Below, piece by piece: positions 7,102 through 14,135 of a DNA stretch of 64,000 bases. The number at the start of each line of letters is the position of its first letter. The stretch's first letter is position 1. Source of the stretch: a virus (taxonomy: Duplodnaviria > Heunggongvirae > Uroviricota > Caudoviricetes); the IMG/VR virus record IMGVR_UViG_3300027608_000020; one strand, 5' to 3'. Below the pieces are notes generated by a model, which saw only the letters and a program-made list of their open reading frames with translations, was not told the origin of the DNA and made no database searches. A program made the translations under genes and the position numbers.

Positions 7102-7193
7102 GCCAGCGAGACTTGGAAGTCAGAGAGGTCTTATAAGCCTTTTAGCGCCAGATTAGCGTTCTTGAGAGGGTTCGATCCCCTCCGCTGGTACCA
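7102..7193 (+). tRNA. unusual 92-nt tRNA-like gene (anticodon TAT? plus a second 5-bp/7-nt-loop hairpin in the variable-arm position)
   Basis: perfect acceptor gccagcg/cgctggt, A73-CCA, T-arm gaggg-ttcgatc-ccctc; internal hairpins gaggt-ctTATaa-gcctt and agcgc-cagatta-gcgtt; short D hairpin gact-tgga-agtc. Confidence 0.45.
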
Positions 7194-7202
7194 GTTTTAT
7201 TT

Positions 7203-7277
7203 CCGGCTTTCGTATAATGGAAAATACAATAGGCTTCTACCCTGTGAATAGGAGTTCGATTCTTCTAGGCCGGACCA
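7203..7277 (+). tRNA. tRNA-Arg(TCT)
   Basis: atagg-ctTCTac-cctgt; D stem gtat/atac; CCA. Confidence 0.75.
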
Positions 7278-7286
7278 AGTTTTTAT

Positions 7287-7363
7287 GCCCCGTTACGCTA
7301 ATTGGTAGTGCGGATTCTCTCAAAAGGAGTTGGCTGTCTGTTCGAATCAGACACGGGGTACCA
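7287..7363 (+). tRNA. short-variable-arm tRNA, anticodon CAA (Leu codon UUG); family member 1
   Basis: gccccgt-TACGCTAATTGGTAGTGCGG-attct-ctCAAaa-ggagt-tggct-gtctg-TTCGAAT-cagac-acggggt-A-CCA; 77 nt. Confidence 0.7.
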
Positions 7364-7522
7364 GTTTAGGGATAGACGACACAATGAGTCCCAGATAGTC
7401 TAGCATGGCTTTGGTTGGCCATGTGACACCGCAGACGACTATAAGGTAGTATAAACTCTTGTGTTCGAGACAATCCGATGAGGCTTGCTAACAACAAGAT
7501 AGTCGGGCTCCCGCCTTATAAT

Positions 7523-7599
7523 GCCTTCGTACGCTAATTGGTAGTGCGGCTTGCCTTAGAAGCAGGTGGTTGGGGGTTCGAATCCGCCCGAAGGTACCA
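7523..7599 (+). tRNA. short-variable-arm tRNA, anticodon TAG (Leu codons CUA/CUG); family member 2
   Basis: gccttcg-TACGCTAATTGGTAGTGCGG-cttgc-ctTAGaa-gcagg-tggtt-...TTCGAAT...cgaaggt-A-CCA; 77 nt. Confidence 0.7.
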
Positions 7600-7669
7600 A
7601 ACCAGGATAGTGTGAAAGAGAACTATCGACAGTCCGTCTAGGGCCAATTGGGTGAGAAGCCCATTCAAT

Positions 7670-7746
7670 GCCCCTGTACGCTAATTGGTAGTGCGGATAG
7701 ACTTAAAATCTGTTGGTTGGCGGTTCGAATCTGCCCAGGGGTACCA
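7670..7746 (+). tRNA. short-variable-arm tRNA, anticodon TAA (Leu codons UUA/UUG); family member 3
   Basis: gcccctg-TACGCTAATTGGTAGTGCGG-ataga-ctTAAaa-tctgt-tggtt-ggcgg-TTCGAAT-ctgcc-caggggt-A-CCA; 77 nt. Confidence 0.7.
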
Positions 7747-7803
7747 TTACTTGTCCTGGCCAAGATAATAGAAATAAATAGAATGTTACCAATAAGGCTT
7801 AAC

Positions 7804-8736
7804 ATGAAAAAGAAACTCTGCTTAGTATATCAACTGTTTACAAAGTGCAATATAGGTTGCAAGTATTGTTATAATTATTTTGATCAAGATGTACGTCCTT
7901 TCAATTATTATACATCTAAAGTTGGTAAACTCTTAGAATTATACCATGATGAAACTTGTTTTGTTTTAAATGGTGGTGAGCCCTTGTTGCTTAAAGGATT
8001 TCAACATCTAGTAAATCAAGCGACTGAGAAGGCAAAAACATATACCTATACTAACGGTACTCTAAGCACATGGCACTATAAGAGATTTATTGATAGTCTT
8101 GAGCACAAAGACAAGTTTTACATGACAATCAGTTTACACTTTATGGAAGTGCTAAGAGATAACAAGTTACCGGACAAATACTTTAAAAATATTGAACTTT
8201 TTGCTAAGAATATTCCCAACTTAAAAATCAACCTAGTAGTTGATGAAGAGTTTCAAGGTGAATACTTGCAAGTGATTAGACAAACTATGAGAGAAATTAA
8301 ACAAAGAACTTCTCTTAAGAATGTTAATATTTTGATTGCAGATCACATGTATGAAGATGAATTTAAACTATTACGTGTGTTAAATCAAGATTTTATTGAC
8401 TTTGTTGAAGAAATTGACAGTAATTTTGCTTATAAAAATTGCATGTGGGACAATACCAGACAATCATTAACAGAAATGATTAAAGACATAAAAGAAAATA
8501 TTGTGCTAAAGTTAGCCGGAAAGGATTTTAAGATTCCGTATGAATATGAATTTGGACAAATATTTTTTCTAGAAAGTCCCGAAGGAATGATTGTTCAGGA
8601 ATTTTTCGGTGAAGGACGTCAAGAACATAAAATACCGTTTGATCAATTTGACGCATTTGTTGAAGATATCAAACCAAAAGTACAAAGCAAGCCTCTTAGA
8701 AAAATTACAACATTATCCTCTGTTGGAATAATCTAA
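7804..8736 (+). CDS. radical SAM domain protein (possible QueE-like)
   Basis: CNIGCKYC (CxxxCxxC) near the N-terminus and FVLNGGEPLL SAM-binding motif; start moved to ATG 7804 (TAAGG RBS) because the ORF-track 5' extension overlaps tRNA 7670..7746; no SPASM Cys cluster. Confidence 0.7.
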   Translation: MKKKLCLVYQLFTKCNIGCKYCYNYFDQDVRPFNYYTSKVGKLLELYHDETCFVLNGGEPLLLKGFQHLVNQATEKAKTYTYTNGTLSTWHYKRFIDSLEHKDKFYMTISLHFMEVLRDNKLPDKYFKNIELFAKNIPNLKINLVVDEEFQGEYLQVIRQTMREIKQRTSLKNVNILIADHMYEDEFKLLRVLNQDFIDFVEEIDSNFAYKNCMWDNTRQSLTEMIKDIKENIVLKLAGKDFKIPYEYEFGQIFFLESPEGMIVQEFFGEGRQEHKIPFDQFDAFVEDIKPKVQSKPLRKITTLSSVGII

Positions 8737-8910
8737 TCACAAATTATTGATAAAGCGAAGTGCTTTGTTGACGTTGGTAAAATATCGCACAGTTAGTTCT
8801 ATATCGTAGATATCTCGAACCATAACGATGCAGACACCCTCATGTAATGATAGATGAAAGTGTAATCCTCCGGGGGTAACGCTTTCGTATGTCTTCATAC
8901 AAATATTTAC

Positions 8911-8933
8911 CGCTTTCGTACCTAGGGGTACCA
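8911..8933 (+). pseudogene. remnant of a fourth member of the short-arm tRNA family (5' acceptor/D start fused to the 3' acceptor-CCA)
   Basis: cgctTTCGTAC-CtAGGGGTACCA vs gccTTCGTACgc... and ...cAGGGGTACCA of family members 2 and 3. Confidence 0.45.
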
Positions 8934-8939
8934 ATCATT

Positions 8940-9013
8940 GCTCTTATAGTTTAATGGAAGAACACTGTCTTGGTATGACAGGAATCGTAGTTCGATTCTA
9001 CGTTAGAGCACCA
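8940..9013 (+). tRNA. tRNA-Thr(GGT)
   Basis: ctgtc-ttGGTat-gacag; T-arm cgtag-ttcgatt-ctacg; CCA. Confidence 0.7.
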
Positions 9014-9020
9014 AAAGGTA

Positions 9021-9049
9021 TTGACAATAAATTAGATTTACTGTATAAT
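9021..9049 (+). promoter_or_regulatory. sigma70-like promoter TTGACA-17-TATAAT
   Basis: exact consensus; precedes the rpoZ-like gene. Confidence 0.55.
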
Positions 9050-9071
9050 CAATACATAAAGGAATTAAACA

Positions 9072-9311
9072 ATGGCACGTATTACAAGTCAGTTAGCAGT
9101 TGAACAAATTGGTAATAGATACGATCTAGTATTAGTTGCATCTATTCGTGCCCGGGAATTAACACGGGGACACATGCCTTTGGTAAGTAAGAAAGGTGGG
9201 CCAATTGTTACAGCCCTACGAGAAATTGAAGAAGGAAAAATCGGAAAAGATTATTTGTTAAAACTCAAAAAAGACGCAAGTAAAAATTATCGCGGGTTAG
9301 AGAAACGGTAA
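9072..9311 (+). CDS. rpoZ: DNA-directed RNA polymerase omega subunit homologue
   Basis: ARITSQLAVEQIGNRYDLVLVASIRARE...TALREIEEGKI aligns with bacterial RpoZ ([28 protein letters not shown]...IALREIEEGLI); last 21 nt overlap the fMet tRNA. Confidence 0.7.
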   Translation: MARITSQLAVEQIGNRYDLVLVASIRARELTRGHMPLVSKKGGPIVTALREIEEGKIGKDYLLKLKKDASKNYRGLEKR

Positions 9312-9364
9312 CTCACGAGTCTCATAAGCTCGAGATCCTGGTTCGATTCCGGGACCCGCAACCA
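9291..9364 (+). tRNA. initiator tRNA-fMet(CAT)
   Basis: CGCGGG...CCCGCAACCA ends identical to E. coli tRNA-fMet, including the C1.A72 mismatch; loop ctCATaa. Confidence 0.75.
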
Positions 9365-9436
9365 GTTTAGGTTAATTACAGCGATTTAAAAATGGCGACT
9401 GCTAGGTCATTAAACTAGTATTAACCTGTTGAATTT

Positions 9437-9520
9437 TGCCCCGGTGGTGTAATGGTAGCCACGCTGGTCTTAGAAGCCAGTGTCGAAAGGCGTGTCGGTT
9501 CGAGTCCGACCTGGGGCACC
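9437..9520 (+). tRNA. tRNA-Leu(TAG), canonical class II (long variable arm)
   Basis: ctggt-ctTAGaa-gccag; long variable arm; T-arm gtcgg-ttcgagt-ccgac; A73-CCA. Confidence 0.7.
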
Positions 9521-9680
9521 AATAATTGATAGCTCTCGGCAGGTATCGTATATGGACGCATATACTACACGACATCCACTGGCATGGTGCGAAGTCTAAT
9601 ATAACTGCTGTTAGATGCTTTGGAACTGTTAGCGCAGGACTCCTAAATAGACACGTTGTCATAGACGGCGAGTGCTATCA
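9521..9680. repeat. about 160-nt segment bounded by a 13-bp inverted repeat (AATAATTGATAGC / GCTATCAATTATT)
   Basis: exact reverse-complement termini between the tRNA-Leu and tRNA-Ser genes. Confidence 0.5.
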
Positions 9681-9686
9681 ATTATT

Positions 9687-9776
9687 GGTGTGGTCCTATA
9701 ATGGTATTAGAGCAGATTGCTAATCTGTCGGTCGGCGTAATCCGGCTTCTGAGTTCGAGTCTCAGTCACACCGCCA
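9687..9776 (+). tRNA. tRNA-Ser(GCT), class II, second copy
   Basis: gcaga-ttGCTaa-tctgt; long variable arm cggtcggcgtaatccggc; T-arm ctgag-ttcgagt-ctcag; CCA. Confidence 0.65.
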
Positions 9777-9795
9777 ATTTTTTTAAGAGGTAATA

Positions 9796-9981
9796 ATGTA
9801 TATTAAACCAGGTCCTAGTTACAAAATGAGTTCACAAGCAAAGCGATTTGCGGCACAAATCCTTGATCCACATAAGCGTGGAGAGTTTTTACGTAGTACA
9901 GTTCAAGCAGAACTTGCATCGTTGATTAAACCCGTCAGGGAGAAAAAGACTCGTACTGAGTCGGATGTAGGAAGTGATTGA
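9796..9981 (+). CDS. hypothetical protein
   Basis: AAGAGG RBS; 61 aa. Confidence 0.4.
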   Translation: MYIKPGPSYKMSSQAKRFAAQILDPHKRGEFLRSTVQAELASLIKPVREKKTRTESDVGSD

Positions 9982-10214
9982 TGTCTAAAGGAAGTAGACC
10001 TCGTCCATATAGTGTTAGCCAAGAAAAGTTTGGCAATAACTATGATGCAATTTTTGGAAAGAGAAATATGTCACCAAGTGTAGAAGAAATGAAAAAAGGT
10101 ACATGCGGTTGCGGCCGCAGTCCAACTGGTAATTGTTGCGGTTGGCACGGCTTGACAGAAGAACAATATCAAGCTAGACTAGCAGAATATATTGCAGAAA
10201 AAACTGACGAATAA
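9978..10214 (+). CDS. hypothetical Cys-rich small protein
   Basis: GTCGCGRSPTGNCCGWHG cysteine cluster; start overlaps the upstream stop (ATGA). Confidence 0.45.
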   Translation: MMSKGSRPRPYSVSQEKFGNNYDAIFGKRNMSPSVEEMKKGTCGCGRSPTGNCCGWHGLTEEQYQARLAEYIAEKTDE

Positions 10215-10220
10215 GATATT

Positions 10221-10295
10221 GCCTGGTTAGCTCAGGGGTAGAGCAACGCCTTTACACGGCGAAGGTCCGCGGTTCGAAACCGTGACCAGGTACCA
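10221..10295 (+). tRNA. tRNA-Val(TAC)
   Basis: cgcc-ttTACac-ggcg; T-arm cgcgg-ttcgaaa-ccgtg; CCA. Confidence 0.7.
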
Positions 10296-10300
10296 GTAGT

Positions 10301-10549
10301 ATGATAGATTACATTACAACATTTTTTGCAATTTTTTTACTTGACGTTGTGTATACTTACTATCTGCGATGTGTAGCAAATGACAATGTGCTGGGAGCAA
10401 GTTTTTGGTCAGTAGCATGTTATATATTAGGAAGCATAGCAGTTATAAATTATACAACTAACCATTGGTTGATGATTCCGGCAATGGCAGGTGCGTTTTG
10501 CGGAACTTATGTTGGAATGAAAATTAGAAAGAAGAATAACGGTGTGTAG
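10301..10549 (+). CDS. small membrane protein
   Basis: 82 aa with 2-3 hydrophobic segments; 3' end overlaps the next tRNA by about 10 nt. Confidence 0.4.
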   Translation: MIDYITTFFAIFLLDVVYTYYLRCVANDNVLGASFWSVACYILGSIAVINYTTNHWLMIPAMAGAFCGTYVGMKIRKKNNGV

Positions 10550-10616
10550 CTCAGCTTGGTAGAGCTCTGCGTTTGGGACGCAGTGGTCGCATGTTCGAAT
10601 CGTGTCACACCGACCA
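10540..10616 (+). tRNA. tRNA-Pro(TGG)
   Basis: CGGTGTGTAGCTCAGCTTGGTAGAGC...ctgcg-ttTGGga-cgcag... near-identical layout to E. coli tRNA-Pro(UGG); CCA. Confidence 0.8.
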
Positions 10617-10635
10617 TATTAATAAAGGAAATAAA

Positions 10636-10908
10636 ATGAGTCAAGTTAGAGCAAGTCATATTTTAGTGCCCACATTGGCAGAGGCAGTAGATTTAAAAGA
10701 GAAAATCTCTGCTGGGGAAGATTTTGCGGCAGTGGCCCGTAGTTTTAGTAAGTGCCCAAGCGGACAGAACGGTGGCGATCTAGGACAGTTTAGTACAGGT
10801 ATGATGGTTAAGCCTTTTGAAGATGCAACCTTTAGCCTGCCAATCGGGCATATTAGCGGACCTGTACAAACACAATTTGGATATCACATCATTCACCGTA
10901 CTGGTTAA
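10636..10908 (+). CDS. PpiC/parvulin-type peptidyl-prolyl cis-trans isomerase
   Basis: ASHILV...GGDLGQF...MVKPFEDA...GPVQTQFGYHII parvulin signature; AAGGAA RBS; ORF-track 5' extension overlaps the tRNA. Confidence 0.7.
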   Translation: MSQVRASHILVPTLAEAVDLKEKISAGEDFAAVARSFSKCPSGQNGGDLGQFSTGMMVKPFEDATFSLPIGHISGPVQTQFGYHIIHRTG

Positions 10909-11445
10909 ATGAAACCTGTATTAATGATACATGAAGTCGGAGAGGCTTTATTTGATCTTCCCTTAGAAGATTATATATTAACCTTTGACGACGGATTGTA
11001 TAGCCAATATTATTATTGGCCGCAGATTAAAAACATTAATACAGACAAGTATTTTTTTGTTAGTTCAAATATATATTGCAGAGATAGCAGGCAGAATTTG
11101 AATTTTCCCACTTGTGAAGAAGCACATGCTAAAGCAAGGGCAGGGAACTTTGAAGACTATATGACCGTTGAGCAGTTAAAAGAACTAACACTCGATCCTA
11201 ATGTAACTGTTGGTGGCCACGGTCATAATCATATTGATCTGGGCATCATACAGGGATTACAAAAGAAAATTGATGTTATAATTAGTGATACAGAGGCAAT
11301 GATGTATTGGTTTAAGTTAAATCTTGGATACTATCCACATGCCTTTTGTTTTCCATATAACAATGATGCAGATAAAGTATACACTTCTATTCTTAAGAAA
11401 AGAGGGTTTACAGAGTTGTTTGGCGGGGAAAGAAATAACCCGTGA
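10909..11445 (+). CDS. polysaccharide deacetylase (NodB / CE4 family)
   Basis: LTFDDG and GGHGHNH NodB-homology motifs; TAAATG overlap with the upstream gene. Confidence 0.7.
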   Translation: MKPVLMIHEVGEALFDLPLEDYILTFDDGLYSQYYYWPQIKNINTDKYFFVSSNIYCRDSRQNLNFPTCEEAHAKARAGNFEDYMTVEQLKELTLDPNVTVGGHGHNHIDLGIIQGLQKKIDVIISDTEAMMYWFKLNLGYYPHAFCFPYNNDADKVYTSILKKRGFTELFGGERNNP

Positions 11446-11898
11446 TCCCGTACACGTAATAAACGGGGGTAGGGCAGTTACCATAGAGAGTGCTAGGTGT
11501 TCAGTGCATTGACCATCCGAGCTCATGATAGAGTCACCGGGAACGCATTGGGTGAGGCATAACACCTTTCCAAAAGAAGAAATGTTATGGACAGAGTAAC
11601 CGCTCAGTCTAGGGCTCATGTGGTGTGAGTAGCTAGACACTTTATTAAAATATACTTTCGTCTACGTTGCCCAAACCCGGGGGAGCCTCGCAAAGGAAAT
11701 GTGCATAGCACACGGTACAACAAGCATAAGACACTTGTTGGAAGTATATTTTAATAAAGTTATTTTATAAATGCTTTCTGTAGTAGCTACAATGGAACAC
11801 CGAAATACTTGTCAATGTCGACCATGTACAAGGACCGGCCATGAAGAGCAGGGCTACCGTGGATTCAAGCGCCGCAGAGAGCACCTATAAAGTGAATT
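11446..11898. other. about 450-nt non-coding region, locally GC-rich, containing a 20-bp long-range inverted repeat
   Basis: no ORF over 60 aa with start context; IR CTTTATTAAAATATACTTTC (11641-11660) / GGAAGTATATTTTAATAAAG (11741-11760). Confidence 0.4.
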
Positions 11899-12393
11899 AT
11901 GGAAATACAAAAACCTAACTTGGCCAAGGGTCGAAACAGCTATGATTCGACCAGCACGGGATCTATAATTCCTTTTTTCAATAGGAATGTTACTCCCTAT
12001 GCCACCGAAGCGGGCGGACCAAAGTTTGAAATGGTCCCTGTTGAAAAACAAAAAGACCTAATGATTAATCATGCTAGGATGTATGCCCAGCAAGAATACG
12101 ATCGCATTATGGAATTAGTTGCTGTTCTAGAAAAACAGGCACTCCAAATCAAACGTAGATTAGAAATTACCGATGCTGTACACGGAGCGGTATATGCTTT
12201 TCAACCGGTAATGGGTAACGCATATTGGATAGTTTGGGATGAAAGAAAGCAACATACTTTGCTTACACAGAACGGACCTCTAGATTGGTCATCTAGTCCT
12301 CCTGTCGATTATAAGTATATGGCGCATGTAAAATACATGGGCGACCATACTTGGTTAGAAATAGACGAAAACGGAAATCCAACAAATGACTAA
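11899..12393 (+). CDS. hypothetical protein
   Basis: 164 aa ORF. Confidence 0.5.
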   Translation: MEIQKPNLAKGRNSYDSTSTGSIIPFFNRNVTPYATEAGGPKFEMVPVEKQKDLMINHARMYAQQEYDRIMELVAVLEKQALQIKRRLEITDAVHGAVYAFQPVMGNAYWIVWDERKQHTLLTQNGPLDWSSSPPVDYKYMAHVKYMGDHTWLEIDENGNPTND

Positions 12394-13180
12394 ACGAATT
12401 TTAATTATGGGCCTGCCGGGCGCAGGCAAAACTTATCTAGCACAACATATTGTAGAACATCTACAAGCAGAAAAGAAACGTGTAGGTTGGCTTAACGCTG
12501 ACGATGTACGCAAAAAGTACGATGACTGGGATTTTAGTGAAGCTGGACGTATTCGTCAAAGTAAACGTATGCGTGATCTAGCAGATGCTATAACAGACAT
12601 TGACTATGTTATCTGTGACTTTGTTGCACCCTTAGTTGAGATGCGTAATAATTTTAAAGCAGATTGGACTGTATGGGTTGACACTATCCGTGAAGGTCGC
12701 TATGCAGATACAAATGCCATGTTTGTAGAACCTGAAGTTTATGACTTCCGTATTACAGAACAAAAAGCAGAAAAGTGGGGTGAGTTTATTGCCGCACATA
12801 TTATAGATAATCGTAAGCGACCCGTATTCGATTGGAAGAAAGAAACAGTACAGATGCTAGGTCGTTGGCAACCGTGGCATGATGGACATCGTGCCTTGTT
12901 TGAACGATTGCTTGCTAAGACTGGTCAAGTTATTATTCAAGTACGTGATGTGCAAGGATGGCAAGGCAGTAATCCTTTTGAAGTAGCTAGAGTTAAAAGT
13001 TTTATCAAACGTGACCTAGATCCCTTATACCAAGGACAGTATGAAATACAAGTTGTTCCTAACATTGTACACATTGGTTGGGGCCGTGGTGTAGGGTATA
13101 CTGCCGGCGAAGAGTCATTTGACGAAACAATAACTGATATTAGTGCTACTAAGATTCGAAAAGAATTAGGACTAAAATGA
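12386..13180 (+). CDS. two-domain protein: P-loop kinase (ribosylnicotinamide-kinase-like) plus HxGH nucleotidyltransferase (NMN adenylyltransferase-like)
   Basis: Walker A GLPGAGKTY at the N-terminus; C-terminal GRWQPWHDGH (cf. NadM/NadR GRFQPFHxGH) ... ISATKIR. Confidence 0.55.
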   Translation: MTKRILIMGLPGAGKTYLAQHIVEHLQAEKKRVGWLNADDVRKKYDDWDFSEAGRIRQSKRMRDLADAITDIDYVICDFVAPLVEMRNNFKADWTVWVDTIREGRYADTNAMFVEPEVYDFRITEQKAEKWGEFIAAHIIDNRKRPVFDWKKETVQMLGRWQPWHDGHRALFERLLAKTGQVIIQVRDVQGWQGSNPFEVARVKSFIKRDLDPLYQGQYEIQVVPNIVHIGWGRGVGYTAGEESFDETITDISATKIRKELGLK

Positions 13181-13626
13181 AGCAGAAATTAGTCAATGCT
13201 TATATGCAGACTGCAAAAACGTTTGCAGAACTTAGTCATGCTCGTAGATTACATGTTGGGGCTATTGTGGTCAAGGATGATAGAATTATTAGTATTGGCT
13301 ATAACGGTATGCCGGCTGGTTGGGATAACAATTGTGAAGATGAAGTTGTTGTTGGTTTAGTCGATGGAGTGCCCCAGCGAGAAATAAAAGAACTTAAAAC
13401 TAGACCAGAGGTATTACATGCAGAAACTAATGCGATTGCTAAATTGGCTAAGTCAAACGAATCTGGCCTTGGCAGTGATATGTTTATTACTCATAGTCCT
13501 TGTTTGGATTGTGCCAAATTAATTTATCAAAGCGGAATAAAACGTGTATGGTACGGGGAAGCATACAGAAATACAGACGGTGTAGAATTTTTAACCAAGA
13601 GTGGTATAGAAGTAAATAAAGTGTAA
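13177..13626 (+). CDS. dCMP (deoxycytidylate) deaminase
   Basis: HAETNA ... PCxxC zinc-binding cytidine/dCMP deaminase signature. Confidence 0.8.
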   Translation: MKQKLVNAYMQTAKTFAELSHARRLHVGAIVVKDDRIISIGYNGMPAGWDNNCEDEVVVGLVDGVPQREIKELKTRPEVLHAETNAIAKLAKSNESGLGSDMFITHSPCLDCAKLIYQSGIKRVWYGEAYRNTDGVEFLTKSGIEVNKV

Positions 13627-13627
13627 T

Positions 13628-13701
13628 GCGGGATTGGTGAAGTGGTATCTCGAAACCTTGCCAAGGTTTAGTGACGAGTTCGATTCTCGTATCCCGCTCC
13701 A
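13628..13701 (+). tRNA. tRNA-Gly(GCC)
   Basis: aaacc-ttGCCaa-ggttt; acceptor gcgggat/atcccgc; CCA. Confidence 0.8.
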
Positions 13702-13715
13702 ACTTTAAAGGTTAT

Positions 13716-14135
13716 ATGGAAAAAATTAAAAAGGCTTTTTGGTTTACACTGGGCATGATTTGCCTAGGTATTGCCTACATTGGAGTAGTAACACCTGGTA
13801 TACCCTGGAGTACACCTACTGTGGGTGCCGCGTTTTGTTTTGCTAAAAGCAGTGACCGCTGGCATAACTGGATTATGAATCACAAATTGTTTGGACCATT
13901 TCTTCGTAATTGGTCTGAAAAACGTGTGTTCCCTACGTATGGCAAATGGGCCATGGTAATCACTATGGACATCAGTTTAATTATTCTTTGGTTTACTACA
14001 GGGAACTGGAAACTGGTTGCAGGAGTTGGCCTAGGTATGTTATTATGTGCTGTATGGGCGTTACGGTATCCTAGCAGTCCGGAAGAATATGAGCGCCGTA
14101 AACAAGCTGGAGAAAAAATAGGATGGTTCAAGTAA
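13716..14135 (+). CDS. DUF454/YbaN-family inner-membrane protein
   Basis: GIPWSTPTVGAAFCFAKSSDRWHNW pattern typical of YbaN; AAAGG RBS; start moved downstream of the tRNA. Confidence 0.55.
   Translation: MEKIKKAFWFTLGMICLGIAYIGVVTPGIPWSTPTVGAAFCFAKSSDRWHNWIMNHKLFGPFLRNWSEKRVFPTYGKWAMVITMDISLIILWFTTGNWKLVAGVGLGMLLCAVWALRYPSSPEEYERRKQAGEKIGWFK

Noticed and set aside
7648-7803. 5' extension of the radical SAM ORF to ATG 7648
   Set aside because: The extension runs through tRNA 7670..7746. ATG 7804 has an RBS and the conserved CxxxCxxC motif follows immediately.
8737-8934. minus-strand 65-aa ORF downstream of the radical SAM gene
   Set aside because: It starts with a non-ATG codon inside the tRNA remnant and has no RBS. 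It is more likely non-coding spacer.
9402-9723. ORFs 9402..9662(-) and 9526..9723(+)
   Set aside because: They overlap tRNA-Leu/tRNA-Ser and the IR-bounded element, with no start context.
11317-11640. ORFs 11317..11640(-), 11324..11512(+), 11854..12051(-) in the GC-rich island
   Set aside because: They have no RBS, overlap each other, and the region looks non-coding.
11453-11720. RNase P RNA
   Set aside because: Only a GGGTAGGGCAG-like motif is present. No P4 pairing could be identified by eye. It is kept only as a speculative note in a finding.
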